Shown here: positions 40,639 to 50,323 of the stretch, in pieces
Numbering within the stretch: the stretch's first letter is position 1
How the letters are laid out: the number at the start of each line of letters is the position of its first letter
Assembly (NCBI GenBank): GCA_965205215.1
Contig: OZ242041.1
Span: 640,001 to 704,000 of the forward strand
Length of the DNA: 64,000 nt
From: Nitrosopumilus sp.
Lineage (GTDB): Archaea > Thermoproteota > Nitrososphaeria > Nitrososphaerales > Nitrosopumilaceae
Reading direction: 5' to 3'
The notes under the pieces: generated by a model
Database searches by the model: none
What the model was told of the DNA's origin: nothing
What the model saw: the letters and a program-made list of their open reading frames with translations, nothing else
Position numbers and translations under genes: made by a program

Positions 40639-42023
40639 TAGTTAGTTGCGCAACCCTGCCTAGAATTTCGAGATACGCCACTTTTGTGAGCTGTTTTGTG
40701 CCCCCAAGTAGAATCTTCTTCACACCGCGTCTTATGTGTGCATGACGTGATGCCCCATCAGCGATCAAGAAGATGGGGCTAACACATCAGCAACAGCATG
40801 TGCTCTCGGAGCGCGAATTTAAGCGGATTGCCGCACCGGCCGGTCCCCGTGCCCGCCTGCGGGGGAGGGCGCGCGGTTGACCTGCGGGGACGGCGGGGCG
40901 ATGAAGCGGAAGCGGAGGTCGCGGCCCGGGATGCCGCACGCGCAGAACGACGCCAGGTACGTGGCGACGGGGCGCGCGCTGGCGCTCGTCACAAGCCCGG
41001 ATGCGGGGGCGGAGCTGAGGCGTATGAACAGGGGGAAGAACGGCCGCCCGTACAAGTATCCGGAATCGCTCATAATGACGCTGGCGGGGTTCAGGAGCTA
41101 CTGCAGGCTCTCGTTTCGCGTATGCGAGGGATTTGCAGGGGGGCAGCTGGGCGGGGGGAGCGTGCCGCACTTTACCCAGATATGGAGGAGGATGAACGCG
41201 CTCGACGTCTCGGTCGGGGCCCGCGCCGTGTCGGTGCGCGGCAGGAACGGCGTGCTGAACCTGTCCATAGACGGCACCGGAATGAGCCCCAGCGGGCGCA
41301 GCGAGTACATCCGGTTCAGGCACAGGGTGGAGCACGGGTTCATCAGGTTCGTCATGGTGGTGGATACGGACACTAGGGAGATCCTCTCGTTCAGCATAAC
41401 GGACGAGACCACCGGCGAGGCGCCGCAGTTCAGGGATCTCACGCTCGAGGCCCTGGAGAACGCCGGGGTCGGCGCGGGCGCGGCAGGCCGGGTGGGGCGG
41501 GGGCCGGGGCCGGGGGCCACACCACGCGGCGGAGGGCCCGAGATAGTGATGAGGGCCGACGGCGGGTTCGACTCGCGCCCCATATTCGCATTCTGCGACA
41601 GGCTCGGGATCATACCGTACATCAGGGTGGGCATAAGCTCGGCCACGCGCTCGCGCGGCGTAAACAGGGCCAGGACCCGCGCCGTCCTCGACCAGCTCGG
41701 GGGAGGCATGCGCGATCCCCGGGAATTTGCAGAACTGACCAGGGACGAGAAGGAGGCAAACCGCAAAAAGTGGAAGAAGAGGGTCGGTTACGGCAAAAGA
41801 TGGCTGGTTGAGATTGTGATCTCGTCGTTCAAGAGGCTGTTCGGGGACTCCGTGCGTGCGGTACGCTGGAAGTACATCGCGCGGGAGATGACGCTCAAGG
41901 TGAACCTCTACAACATGATGCTGAGGGTCCAGAGGGAGGCAATGGCAGTGACATAGGGACAGTGCACCTGAACGCAATCATGGGATATGGGCATGCGGGA
42001 TGAGGGAGTTGCGCAACTAACTA
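40639..42023 (+). mobile_element. IS5-family element, copy A
   Basis: 16-bp perfect TIR TAGTTAGTTGCGCAAC; 8-bp TSD GCTGGGGG; 1385 bp. Confidence 0.92.
40901..41956 (+). CDS. IS5-family DDE transposase
   Basis: GRPYKYP, SIDGTG, ADGGFD and WKKRVGYGKRWLVEIVISSFKRLFG motifs. Confidence 0.92.
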   Translation: MKRKRRSRPGMPHAQNDARYVATGRALALVTSPDAGAELRRMNRGKNGRPYKYPESLIMTLAGFRSYCRLSFRVCEGFAGGQLGGGSVPHFTQIWRRMNALDVSVGARAVSVRGRNGVLNLSIDGTGMSPSGRSEYIRFRHRVEHGFIRFVMVVDTDTREILSFSITDETTGEAPQFRDLTLEALENAGVGAGAAGRVGRGPGPGATPRGGGPEIVMRADGGFDSRPIFAFCDRLGIIPYIRVGISSATRSRGVNRARTRAVLDQLGGGMRDPREFAELTRDEKEANRKKWKKRVGYGKRWLVEIVISSFKRLFGDSVRAVRWKYIAREMTLKVNLYNMMLRVQREAMAVT

Positions 42024-42063
42024 GCTGGGGGTGGCAGCTGCCAAGACCGGGCATCCCGTAGGA

Positions 42064-43179
42064 TTACTGCCGCTTCCGGCCTGCCTTCTTGATCTTGTTC
42101 AGCTTGCGCTGGTACATTGCCTCGTTGCGTGACTTGTACGGTGTCTGGGTGCTCAGCATATGCCACATTATTGTGACCATCTTGTGCGCCACTGCCACTA
42201 TGCCGAGCGCATGCTTGTCCGCGTGCCGCCGCTTGACGGCCTCGTATACGAGTGCCATCTTCGGGTCGTGCATCACGGCCACCTGCGCGGCCTCGCACAT
42301 GGCCCAGTTTACCAAGCGGTTGGTGTTCTGCTTTTTGATGCGGTTCATCCGCGTCGAGTCGCCGGACTCGCGTACCATCGGGCAGAATCCCGCCATGGAG
42401 ACCAGCTTTTTCGGGCCCTTGAACCGCGTTATGCCGTCTATCTCCACTGCCATCAGCAGCGCGACGAACGGCCCGACGCCGGGCATGCTCATCAGCAGCC
42501 TGGCATCTTTGTTCTGCTCTGTCTCTGCAGTGAGGTGCCTGTCAGTATCCGACAGTGACTCTGTAAGGTACTGCATCTGCCTGACGTGCTTTTGCAGCAC
42601 GAACGTCTCGTTTGCGGTTCCGAGCTCGGTCGCCTCCAGCTGCCTGATGCCCTTGAGCGAGTACAGGTTTTTCGCCCCGATGCTTACGTTGTAGGCGTCA
42701 AGGATGCCGCGGATCCTGTTTATCACCTTGGTCCGGTCCTGGGTCAGCCTGACGTGGTGCCGTATCAGGGTCCTGATGCCGCGGACGTGCTTGGTCGGCA
42801 CGTGGCACGCGTCTATCATGCCGGACCGGAGGAGCACTGCAAGCTTGTGCGCATCCTCCCTGTCCGTCTTTTTTGCGCTCTTGGTGATCATCTTCAGCTT
42901 GTACGGGCTGGCCAGGAAGATGCGGACTCCAGCGTCCTCAAACGCCTCGTACGTGGTTCTCCACATGTTGGCGGTGGATTCGCAGACTGCACTGCATTCA
43001 CCCTTTTCCGCGCCGTACTTGCGCGCCATCTCCCGTGCGGCCTCCCTTGCGTCCCGTATCATGTTGGGGTACTGTCCCCTCTCGGCGACCTCCCCCATGG
43101 GATCCAGGACGCAGTAGTCACACTTTTTCTTACTGATGTCGATTCCTATGCTTGTGGTTGCTGTCATGTGTGTGTCCAT
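42064..43179 (-). CDS. IS110-family DEDD recombinase
   Basis: GIDISK, CEST and KTDREDA (DEDD); MPGVG HhH; ESG catalytic Ser. Confidence 0.95.
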   Translation of the reverse strand: MDTHMTATTSIGIDISKKKCDYCVLDPMGEVAERGQYPNMIRDAREAAREMARKYGAEKGECSAVCESTANMWRTTYEAFEDAGVRIFLASPYKLKMITKSAKKTDREDAHKLAVLLRSGMIDACHVPTKHVRGIRTLIRHHVRLTQDRTKVINRIRGILDAYNVSIGAKNLYSLKGIRQLEATELGTANETFVLQKHVRQMQYLTESLSDTDRHLTAETEQNKDARLLMSMPGVGPFVALLMAVEIDGITRFKGPKKLVSMAGFCPMVRESGDSTRMNRIKKQNTNRLVNWAMCEAAQVAVMHDPKMALVYEAVKRRHADKHALGIVAVAHKMVTIMWHMLSTQTPYKSRNEAMYQRKLNKIKKAGRKRQ

Positions 43180-43193
43180 TTTTTGTTCTCACC

Positions 43194-43383
43194 TCCTTTC
43201 GGATGTCTGGTTTTGACGGAACGGAAGCTGCAGTCACCTATCGGGGCGCGCAGCCCAGTTATACAGCAGCTCGGATTGCCCCATTCAGGTCGAAGAGTGC
43301 GCGGTCTGATTGTATTCCGTGTCCCATGAGTACAGAGGGGTCGCTCCATCACGCCCGTCACGACTAGAAGGGTTATCATCCAA
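43194..43383 (-). ncRNA. Candidate bridge RNA, copy A
   Basis: Same sequence as 45036-45225. Confidence 0.6.
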
Positions 43384-43428
43384 TCAGGTCGCCACATCTC
43401 ACGATTCGAGCGTATGCGAAGAACCGTC

Positions 43429-44963
43429 TCAGCATGCGGCGGCAGAAGGCGCCGCCGCTGCGGCCCGCACCGGCCGCTCGGCGCGTTCCGGGCAGTCGGG
43501 CGGCTTGAATATGCGCCAGTCGGGATCCTCGATCATGCGCTCCACCGCCATGCGCGGGAACATGCCCATCTTCTGGCACGTGCGCGCGACGGACACCAGC
43601 ACGGAGAACACGTGGCGTCCCTCGGGTTCTGACAGCTGGTGGCGCACGTTGCGGTGCAGCACTACGGTATCGCGTATCTCCAGCTCGGCGGCGTTGTTGT
43701 GGGGCGGCATGCCCGGATACCTCAGGAACGTGAACAGGTGCGGGGCGGCGCCCTCCAGCGTCTCGCGGAACCCGTGCCCTTTTTTGTAGCCCGACGCTAT
43801 GCGCAGCGCGGCCTTTTCGAGGTTCAGGCACTCGGTACTGTCAGCCGACTTGCGGTCCTTGATCCTCCCGTACAGGGAGAGCAGCCTGCGGTAGCACGAC
43901 AGGTCGTCCCCGCCGTTTCTTACGGCGTATTTCTCGGCCTCGCGCAGTATGTGGGCCCAGCAGCGCTGCCGGACCGGCAGCATGCCGTATACCGCATACC
44001 CGTCGGTGACGGCCGGCATGCCGAGCAGGCCGCCAAAGTGCAGCTCCAGCACGGCCGCGGCCCTGCTCGGGGCCGCCACGATATACGTGGCGTCCCCCGC
44101 CGTCGCCAGCCACACGTACCCGCGTTTGCCGTTCATCCTGACGACCGACTCGTCGAACTGCACGAACGCGGCGCGCGAGATACGCTCCAGGATGCCGCTG
44201 TACGCGGATCTGAGCAGGCCTCCCAGCGCCCTGCGCGCGTTCCAGACGGCGTTTGCCGACACCGAAAAGCCGTAGAGCGCCCGGAAATAGTACGATATGG
44301 TCGCGTCAGTCGACCTCTTGGCGTAGTATTCCAGTATGAACCCCAGGGCCCCCGGGCCGAACGACGTGCCGGGCAGCAGCCCGGGGGCCGGGGCGGTGCT
44401 GACCGCGCCGCACCTCCTGCAGAACCCGCGCTCCAGCACGTACGCGACCGTCTCGACGCGCCTGCTGCTTTCGTCCGGAAAGTCGTTTACGATTCTTGTG
44501 ACGGGGGCCGCGTACGCGAGGTGGCCGCGCCCGCAGTTCCGGCACCGGTACAGGCGCAGTCTCATCCTCCTAGAGGGCCTGTTGCCGTGGGACGCGCCCG
44601 CGTGCCCCTCCGGGGGCCCCTGCGCCTGCCCGCCGAACGCCCCTCCGGTTCAGGTCCGTCTTTCGCGCCGCCGTCCCCTCCGCGCCCCTCCTCTTCTGCA
44701 AGCCTCTTCCGGAACGCGTCGCGCTCCGCATTGTACATGGAACCCGTGGAGGACGGCGCGTTCGGATTCTCGTATTTGGCCAGCCTCCTGTCCTGTTCTT
44801 CAATGGTCTCCATAAGCAGGTCTATCTGCTCCTCAAGGCCTGCCCTTATCCTGTCACGCTCGGCCTCCACACGGGCGACCGCATCCTGCAGCCTCTTGAT
44901 CTCCGCCATCATCTTGGCCATCTCCCGGCGCAGCAGCGCCGTCTCGGAATCGCCCATGGACAA
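43429..44963 (-). pseudogene. IS66 transposase split by a frameshift at a C5 run (44612-44616)
   Basis: Coiled coil + NPNAPSS in ORF1; CxxC, VQFDES, VTDGY, QRCWAH and NNAAELEIR in ORF2; one extra C would restore GPPEGHAG... Confidence 0.85.
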
Positions 44964-45035
44964 TTCGCAGAATATATGATCTATAAGCTTGTCGGCCTAC
45001 CAAAACGACCAACAGAGTCACAGGCACGGACCTGA

Positions 45036-45225
45036 TTGGATGATAACCCTTCTAGTCGTGACGGGCGTGATGGAGCGACCCCTCTGTACTCATGGGACAC
45101 GGAATACAATCAGACCGCGCACTCTTCGACCTGAATGGGGCAATCCGAGCTGCTGTATAACTGGGCTGCGCGCCCCGATAGGTGACTGCAGCTTCCGTTC
45201 CGTCAAAACCAGACATCCGAAAGGA
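45036..45225 (+). ncRNA. Candidate bridge RNA, copy B
   Basis: Contains TGTACTCA, ATACAATCA, CGACCTGA and ATAGGTGA, matching the target and donor half-sites; exact RNA ends unknown. Confidence 0.65.
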
Positions 45226-45239
45226 GGTGAGAACAAAAA

Positions 45240-46355
45240 ATGGACACACACATGACAGCAACCACAAGCATAGGAATCGACATCAGTAAGAAAAAGTGTG
45301 ACTACTGCGTCCTGGATCCCATGGGGGAGGTCGCCGAGAGGGGACAGTACCCCAACATGATACGGGACGCAAGGGAGGCCGCACGGGAGATGGCGCGCAA
45401 GTACGGCGCGGAAAAGGGTGAATGCAGTGCAGTCTGCGAATCCACCGCCAACATGTGGAGAACCACGTACGAGGCGTTTGAGGACGCTGGAGTCCGCATC
45501 TTCCTGGCCAGCCCGTACAAGCTGAAGATGATCACCAAGAGCGCAAAAAAGACGGACAGGGAGGATGCGCACAAGCTTGCAGTGCTCCTCCGGTCCGGCA
45601 TGATAGACGCGTGCCACGTGCCGACCAAGCACGTCCGCGGCATCAGGACCCTGATACGGCACCACGTCAGGCTGACCCAGGACCGGACCAAGGTGATAAA
45701 CAGGATCCGCGGCATCCTTGACGCCTACAACGTAAGCATCGGGGCGAAAAACCTGTACTCGCTCAAGGGCATCAGGCAGCTGGAGGCGACCGAGCTCGGA
45801 ACCGCAAACGAGACGTTCGTGCTGCAAAAGCACGTCAGGCAGATGCAGTACCTTACAGAGTCACTGTCGGATACTGACAGGCACCTCACTGCAGAGACAG
45901 AGCAGAACAAAGATGCCAGGCTGCTGATGAGCATGCCCGGCGTCGGGCCGTTCGTCGCGCTGCTGATGGCAGTGGAGATAGACGGCATAACGCGGTTCAA
46001 GGGCCCGAAAAAGCTGGTCTCCATGGCGGGATTCTGCCCGATGGTACGCGAGTCCGGCGACTCGACGCGGATGAACCGCATCAAAAAGCAGAACACCAAC
46101 CGCTTGGTAAACTGGGCCATGTGCGAGGCCGCGCAGGTGGCCGTGATGCACGACCCGAAGATGGCACTCGTATACGAGGCCGTCAAGCGGCGGCACGCGG
46201 ACAAGCATGCGCTCGGCATAGTGGCAGTGGCGCACAAGATGGTCACAATAATGTGGCATATGCTGAGCACCCAGACACCGTACAAGTCACGCAACGAGGC
46301 AATGTACCAGCGCAAGCTGAACAAGATCAAGAAGGCAGGCCGGAAGCGGCAGTAA
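45240..46355 (+). CDS. IS110-family DEDD recombinase
   Basis: Protein identical to 42064-43179; SD GGAGGTGA upstream. Confidence 0.95.
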   Translation: MDTHMTATTSIGIDISKKKCDYCVLDPMGEVAERGQYPNMIRDAREAAREMARKYGAEKGECSAVCESTANMWRTTYEAFEDAGVRIFLASPYKLKMITKSAKKTDREDAHKLAVLLRSGMIDACHVPTKHVRGIRTLIRHHVRLTQDRTKVINRIRGILDAYNVSIGAKNLYSLKGIRQLEATELGTANETFVLQKHVRQMQYLTESLSDTDRHLTAETEQNKDARLLMSMPGVGPFVALLMAVEIDGITRFKGPKKLVSMAGFCPMVRESGDSTRMNRIKKQNTNRLVNWAMCEAAQVAVMHDPKMALVYEAVKRRHADKHALGIVAVAHKMVTIMWHMLSTQTPYKSRNEAMYQRKLNKIKKAGRKRQ

Positions 46356-46395
46356 TCCTACGGGATGCCCGGTCTTGGCAGCTGCCACCCCCAGC

Positions 46396-47780
46396 TAGTT
46401 AGTTGCGCAACCCTGCCTAGAATTTCGAGATACGCCACTTTTGTGAGCTGTTTTGTGCCCCCAAGTAGAATCTTCTTCACACCGCGTCTTATGTGTGCAT
46501 GACGTGATGCCCCATCAGCGATCAAGAAGATGGGGCTAACACATCAGCAACAGCATGTGCTCTCGGAGCGCGAATTTAAGCGGATTGCCGCACCGGCCGG
46601 TCCCCGTGCCCGCCTGCGGGGGAGGGCGCGCGGTTGACCTGCGGGGACGGCGGGGCGATGAAGCGGAAGCGGAGGTCGCGGCCCGGGATGCCGCACGCGC
46701 AGAACGACGCCAGGTACGTGGCGACGGGGCGCGCGCTGGCGCTCGTCACAAGCCCGGATGCGGGGGCGGAGCTGAGGCGTATGAACAGGGGGAAGAACGG
46801 CCGCCCGTACAAGTATCCGGAATCGCTCATAATGACGCTGGCGGGGTTCAGGAGCTACTGCAGGCTCTCGTTTCGCGTATGCGAGGGATTTGCAGGGGGG
46901 CAGCTGGGCGGGGGGAGCGTGCCGCACTTTACCCAGATATGGAGGAGGATGAACGCGCTCGACGTCTCGGTCGGGGCCCGCGCCGTGTCGGTGCGCGGCA
47001 GGAACGGCGTGCTGAACCTGTCCATAGACGGCACCGGAATGAGCCCCAGCGGGCGCAGCGAGTACATCCGGTTCAGGCACAGGGTGGAGCACGGGTTCAT
47101 CAGGTTCGTCATGGTGGTGGATACGGACACTAGGGAGATCCTCTCGTTCAGCATAACGGACGAGACCACCGGCGAGGCGCCGCAGTTCAGGGATCTCACG
47201 CTCGAGGCCCTGGAGAACGCCGGGGTCGGCGCGGGCGCGGCAGGCCGGGTGGGGCGGGGGCCGGGGCCGGGGGCCACACCACGCGGCGGAGGGCCCGAGA
47301 TAGTGATGAGGGCCGACGGCGGGTTCGACTCGCGCCCCATATTCGCATTCTGCGACAGGCTCGGGATCATACCGTACATCAGGGTGGGCATAAGCTCGGC
47401 CACGCGCTCGCGCGGCGTAAACAGGGCCAGGACCCGCGCCGTCCTCGACCAGCTCGGGGGAGGCATGCGCGATCCCCGGGAATTTGCAGAACTGACCAGG
47501 GACGAGAAGGAGGCAAACCGCAAAAAGTGGAAGAAGAGGGTCGGTTACGGCAAAAGATGGCTGGTTGAGATTGTGATCTCGTCGTTCAAGAGGCTGTTCG
47601 GGGACTCCGTGCGTGCGGTACGCTGGAAGTACATCGCGCGGGAGATGACGCTCAAGGTGAACCTCTACAACATGATGCTGAGGGTCCAGAGGGAGGCAAT
47701 GGCAGTGACATAGGGACAGTGCACCTGAACGCAATCATGGGATATGGGCATGCGGGATGAGGGAGTTGCGCAACTAACTA
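46396..47780 (+). mobile_element. IS5-family element, copy B
   Basis: Same TIRs as copy A; 8-bp TSD CCCCCAGC (46388-46395, 47781-47788). Confidence 0.92.
46658..47713 (+). CDS. IS5-family DDE transposase
   Basis: Identical to 40901-41956. Confidence 0.92.
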   Translation: MKRKRRSRPGMPHAQNDARYVATGRALALVTSPDAGAELRRMNRGKNGRPYKYPESLIMTLAGFRSYCRLSFRVCEGFAGGQLGGGSVPHFTQIWRRMNALDVSVGARAVSVRGRNGVLNLSIDGTGMSPSGRSEYIRFRHRVEHGFIRFVMVVDTDTREILSFSITDETTGEAPQFRDLTLEALENAGVGAGAAGRVGRGPGPGATPRGGGPEIVMRADGGFDSRPIFAFCDRLGIIPYIRVGISSATRSRGVNRARTRAVLDQLGGGMRDPREFAELTRDEKEANRKKWKKRVGYGKRWLVEIVISSFKRLFGDSVRAVRWKYIAREMTLKVNLYNMMLRVQREAMAVT

Positions 47781-47893
47781 CCCCCAGCGTAAGCTATAAA
47801 CCGCCGGCCACCCAATCACGCACGGAATGGAAGTGCAACGACACAGACACGCCAACTACGCACGAGGGTTAACATAGGTGAGTACATACAACG

Positions 47894-47978
47894 GGTTCCG
47901 TTGCTAATTCGTGACTCCTTTCAAAAAACAATCAGTTTCCATCCTTACCTGCGGAGGTCACAAATTCGCAACGGAACC
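47894..47978. mobile_element. 85-bp MITE
   Basis: GGTTCCGTTGCTAATTCGTGAC vs reverse complement of right end GGTTCCGTTGCGAATTTGTGAC (20/22); related to the ends at 12704, 13843 and 25297. Confidence 0.75.
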
Positions 47979-48025
47979 ACCTATCGCGGGAGCCGTGCAG
48001 GGCCGTGCCCTTGAGTCCCTCCGGC

Positions 48026-50323
48026 CTAGTGACAATAGCACCTGGCCGCGGCTACCTCTAGTACCTCTTTGGTCGTGAGTTCCCCGTCAACATAGTCTTG
48101 CATTGCGACATGCCACTCGCCTTCCTGTATCGCGCCGTCGCCGTTGCTGTCATACCGCTCTACCGGGGTACGCGGGTCGGGCTCGGGCTCGTCGCTTTCG
48201 GCTACCAGGCAGAACTGTTCGGTACATTCGATGACCCAGTCATCGCCGTACGTGGCTCTGTTCTTGTCATCTTTGGGTTTTTCCTGCTGCGCCTCCGCGG
48301 GCTCTGGCGCGACTACCGTGACCGTCCTGTTCTGCTGGACGGCCTGGGTGCCCGAGCTGTCGGCCACCCTGTAGTGCAGCGAGTACTCAGCGGCCACTGA
48401 CGTGTCCACGGTACCCGTGACGGTCACGTTGGCGGTTATGTTGCGGCCCGCGTGGTCGGTGGCCGCGTAGCCGGGCTCCTCCCACGCCGAGCCGAGCTGT
48501 ATGGTCATGTCGGGCGAGCCGGCCAGTGTGATCACCGGGGGCTGCGGCGGGTTCGGCGTGACTGTCTTTTGCTGCTGCTCCTCCTCCGCGGGCTCTGGCG
48601 CGACTACCGTGACCGTCCTGTTCTGCTGGACGGCCTGGGTGCCCGAGCTGTCGGCCACCCTGTAGTGCAGCGAGTACTCAGCGGCCACTGACGTGTCCAC
48701 GGTACCCGTGACGGTCACGTTGGCGGTTATGTTGCGGCCCGCGTGGTCGGTGGCCGCGTAGCCGGGCTCCTCCCACGCCGAGCCGAGCTGTATGGTCATG
48801 TCGGGCGAGCCGGCCAGTGTGATCACCGGGGGCTGCGGCGGGTTCGGCGTGACTGTCTTTTGCTGCTGCTCCTCCTCCGCGGGCTCTGGCGCGACTACCG
48901 TGACCGTCCTGTTCTGCTGGACGGCCTGGGTGCCCGAGCTGTCGGCCACCCTGTAGTGCAGCGAGTACTCAGCGGCCACTGACGTGTCCACGGTACCCGT
49001 GACGGTCACGTTGGCGGTTATGTTGCGGCCCGCGTGGTCGGTGGCCGCGTAGCCGGGCTCCTCCCACGCCGAGCCGAGCTGTATGGTCATGTCGGGCGAG
49101 CCGGCCAGTGTGATCACCGGGGGCTGCGGCGGGTTCGGCGTGACTGTCTTTTGCTGCTGCTCCTCCTCCGCGGGCTCTGGCGCGACTACCGTGACCGTCC
49201 TGTTCTGCTGGACGGCCTGGGTGCCCGAGCTGTCGGCCACCCTGTAGTGCAGCGAGTACTCAGCGGCCACTGACGTGTCCACGGTACCCGTGACGGTCAC
49301 GTTGGCGGTTATGTTGCGGCCCGCGTGGTCGGTGGCCGCGTAGCCGGGCTCCTCCCACGCCGAGCCGAGCTGTATGGTCATGTCGGGCGAGCCGGCCAGT
49401 GTGATCACCGGGGGCTGCGGCGGGTTCGGCGTGACTGTCTTTTGCTGCTGCTCCTCCTCCGCGGGCTCTGGCGCGACTACCGTGACCGTCCTGTTCTGCT
49501 GGACGGCCTGGGTGCCCGAGCTGTCGGCCACCCTGTAGTGCAGCGAGTACTCAGCGGCCACTGACGTGTCCACGGTACCCGTGACGGTCACGTTGGCGGT
49601 TATGTTGCGGCCCGCGTGGTCGGTGGCCGCGTAGCCGGGCTCCTCCCACGCCGAGCCGAGCTGTATGGTCATGTCGGGCGAGCCGGCCAGTGTGATCACC
49701 GGGGGCTGCGGCGGGTTCGGCGTGACTGTCTTTTGCTGCTGCTGCTGCTGCTGCTGCGCCTCCGCGGGCTCTGGCGCGACCACCTTGGGCTGCGGCGACT
49801 CCGCGGGAGGCGCGACGATGCACGCTTGGACGGTATCGGTCTGTGACCAGTCCATATCGGTGGCCTTCCAGTGCGCAGCCCTGCCGGGGCTGTCGGAGAA
49901 GGGAAACCTGTCGGCGCCAAAGACAAGCTCCAGGCCGTGTCGGTTCTGGATGGGCGTCTCGGTTGCAAATATCAGGTAATCCAGATCCATGTCGAGGTAC
50001 AGGTACTCTACGCCATAGTTGGCGCCCTCATAGTTAATGTGGCGGGGGGTGAGCCACTGGATGCAGGCGGCATCGTACCAGTACCAGCAGCCATGCGAGT
50101 TGCCCGCCTCGTACGTCACAAGGGTGGCGTTCCAGACGACGTCAAAGGCGCGGCCGTCGTCGGTGACGGGCACGCTGCAGGCGAAATTGCCGCTTTGAGC
50201 CGTTGGCGGGCCGTCCGAGTCACCGTCCGATTGCGCAAAGGCGTCCTCGACGGCCGTGACATTCGACAGGCCGTACGCCGCGACTGCCAAAAGGACGATC
50301 ATCGCACAGAGCCCGGGCTTCAT
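48026..50323 (-). CDS. Secreted surface protein with five DUF5011-type Ig-like repeats and EF-hand-like CYCH tail
   Basis: Signal peptide ending AFA; PVITLAGSPDMTIQLGSAWEEPGYAATD...VDTS..Y x5; C-terminus DSNGDGAI...AAARCYCH. Confidence 0.88.
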   Translation of the reverse strand: MKPGLCAMIVLLAVAAYGLSNVTAVEDAFAQSDGDSDGPPTAQSGNFACSVPVTDDGRAFDVVWNATLVTYEAGNSHGCWYWYDAACIQWLTPRHINYEGANYGVEYLYLDMDLDYLIFATETPIQNRHGLELVFGADRFPFSDSPGRAAHWKATDMDWSQTDTVQACIVAPPAESPQPKVVAPEPAEAQQQQQQQQKTVTPNPPQPPVITLAGSPDMTIQLGSAWEEPGYAATDHAGRNITANVTVTGTVDTSVAAEYSLHYRVADSSGTQAVQQNRTVTVVAPEPAEEEQQQKTVTPNPPQPPVITLAGSPDMTIQLGSAWEEPGYAATDHAGRNITANVTVTGTVDTSVAAEYSLHYRVADSSGTQAVQQNRTVTVVAPEPAEEEQQQKTVTPNPPQPPVITLAGSPDMTIQLGSAWEEPGYAATDHAGRNITANVTVTGTVDTSVAAEYSLHYRVADSSGTQAVQQNRTVTVVAPEPAEEEQQQKTVTPNPPQPPVITLAGSPDMTIQLGSAWEEPGYAATDHAGRNITANVTVTGTVDTSVAAEYSLHYRVADSSGTQAVQQNRTVTVVAPEPAEEEQQQKTVTPNPPQPPVITLAGSPDMTIQLGSAWEEPGYAATDHAGRNITANVTVTGTVDTSVAAEYSLHYRVADSSGTQAVQQNRTVTVVAPEPAEAQQEKPKDDKNRATYGDDWVIECTEQFCLVAESDEPEPDPRTPVERYDSNGDGAIQEGEWHVAMQDYVDGELTTKEVLEVAAARCYCH
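48296..49750 (-). repeat. Five tandem 291-bp coding repeats
   Basis: Identical shadow ORFs recur every 291 bp (48452, 48743, 49034, 49325, 49616). Confidence 0.95.

Larger units (their letters stand above)
40541..43386 (-). mobile_element. IS110-family element, copy A, in left TIR of IS66
   Basis: TCA core at 40538-40540 and 43384-43386; subterminal inverted repeat ATGTTAACCCT/ATGATAACCCT; appears identical to copy B. Confidence 0.9.
45033..47878 (+). mobile_element. IS110-family element, copy B, in right TIR of IS66
   Basis: TGA core at 45033-45035 and 47879-47881; inverted relative to copy A. Confidence 0.9.
40530..47889 (-). mobile_element. IS66-family element (single-ORF ISBst12-like), ~1.67 kb when inserts are removed
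   Basis: 8-bp TSD AACGGGTT at 40522-40529 and 47890-47897; reconstructed TIRs GTATGGACTCAGGTC / GTATGTACTCAGGTC; IS66 transposase inside. Confidence 0.9.

Noticed and set aside
40526-47892. Composite transposon defined by ~110-bp terminal inverted repeats
   Set aside because: The long inverted repeat is simply the two IS110 right ends plus the outer parts of the IS66 TIRs; the TSD belongs to the IS66.
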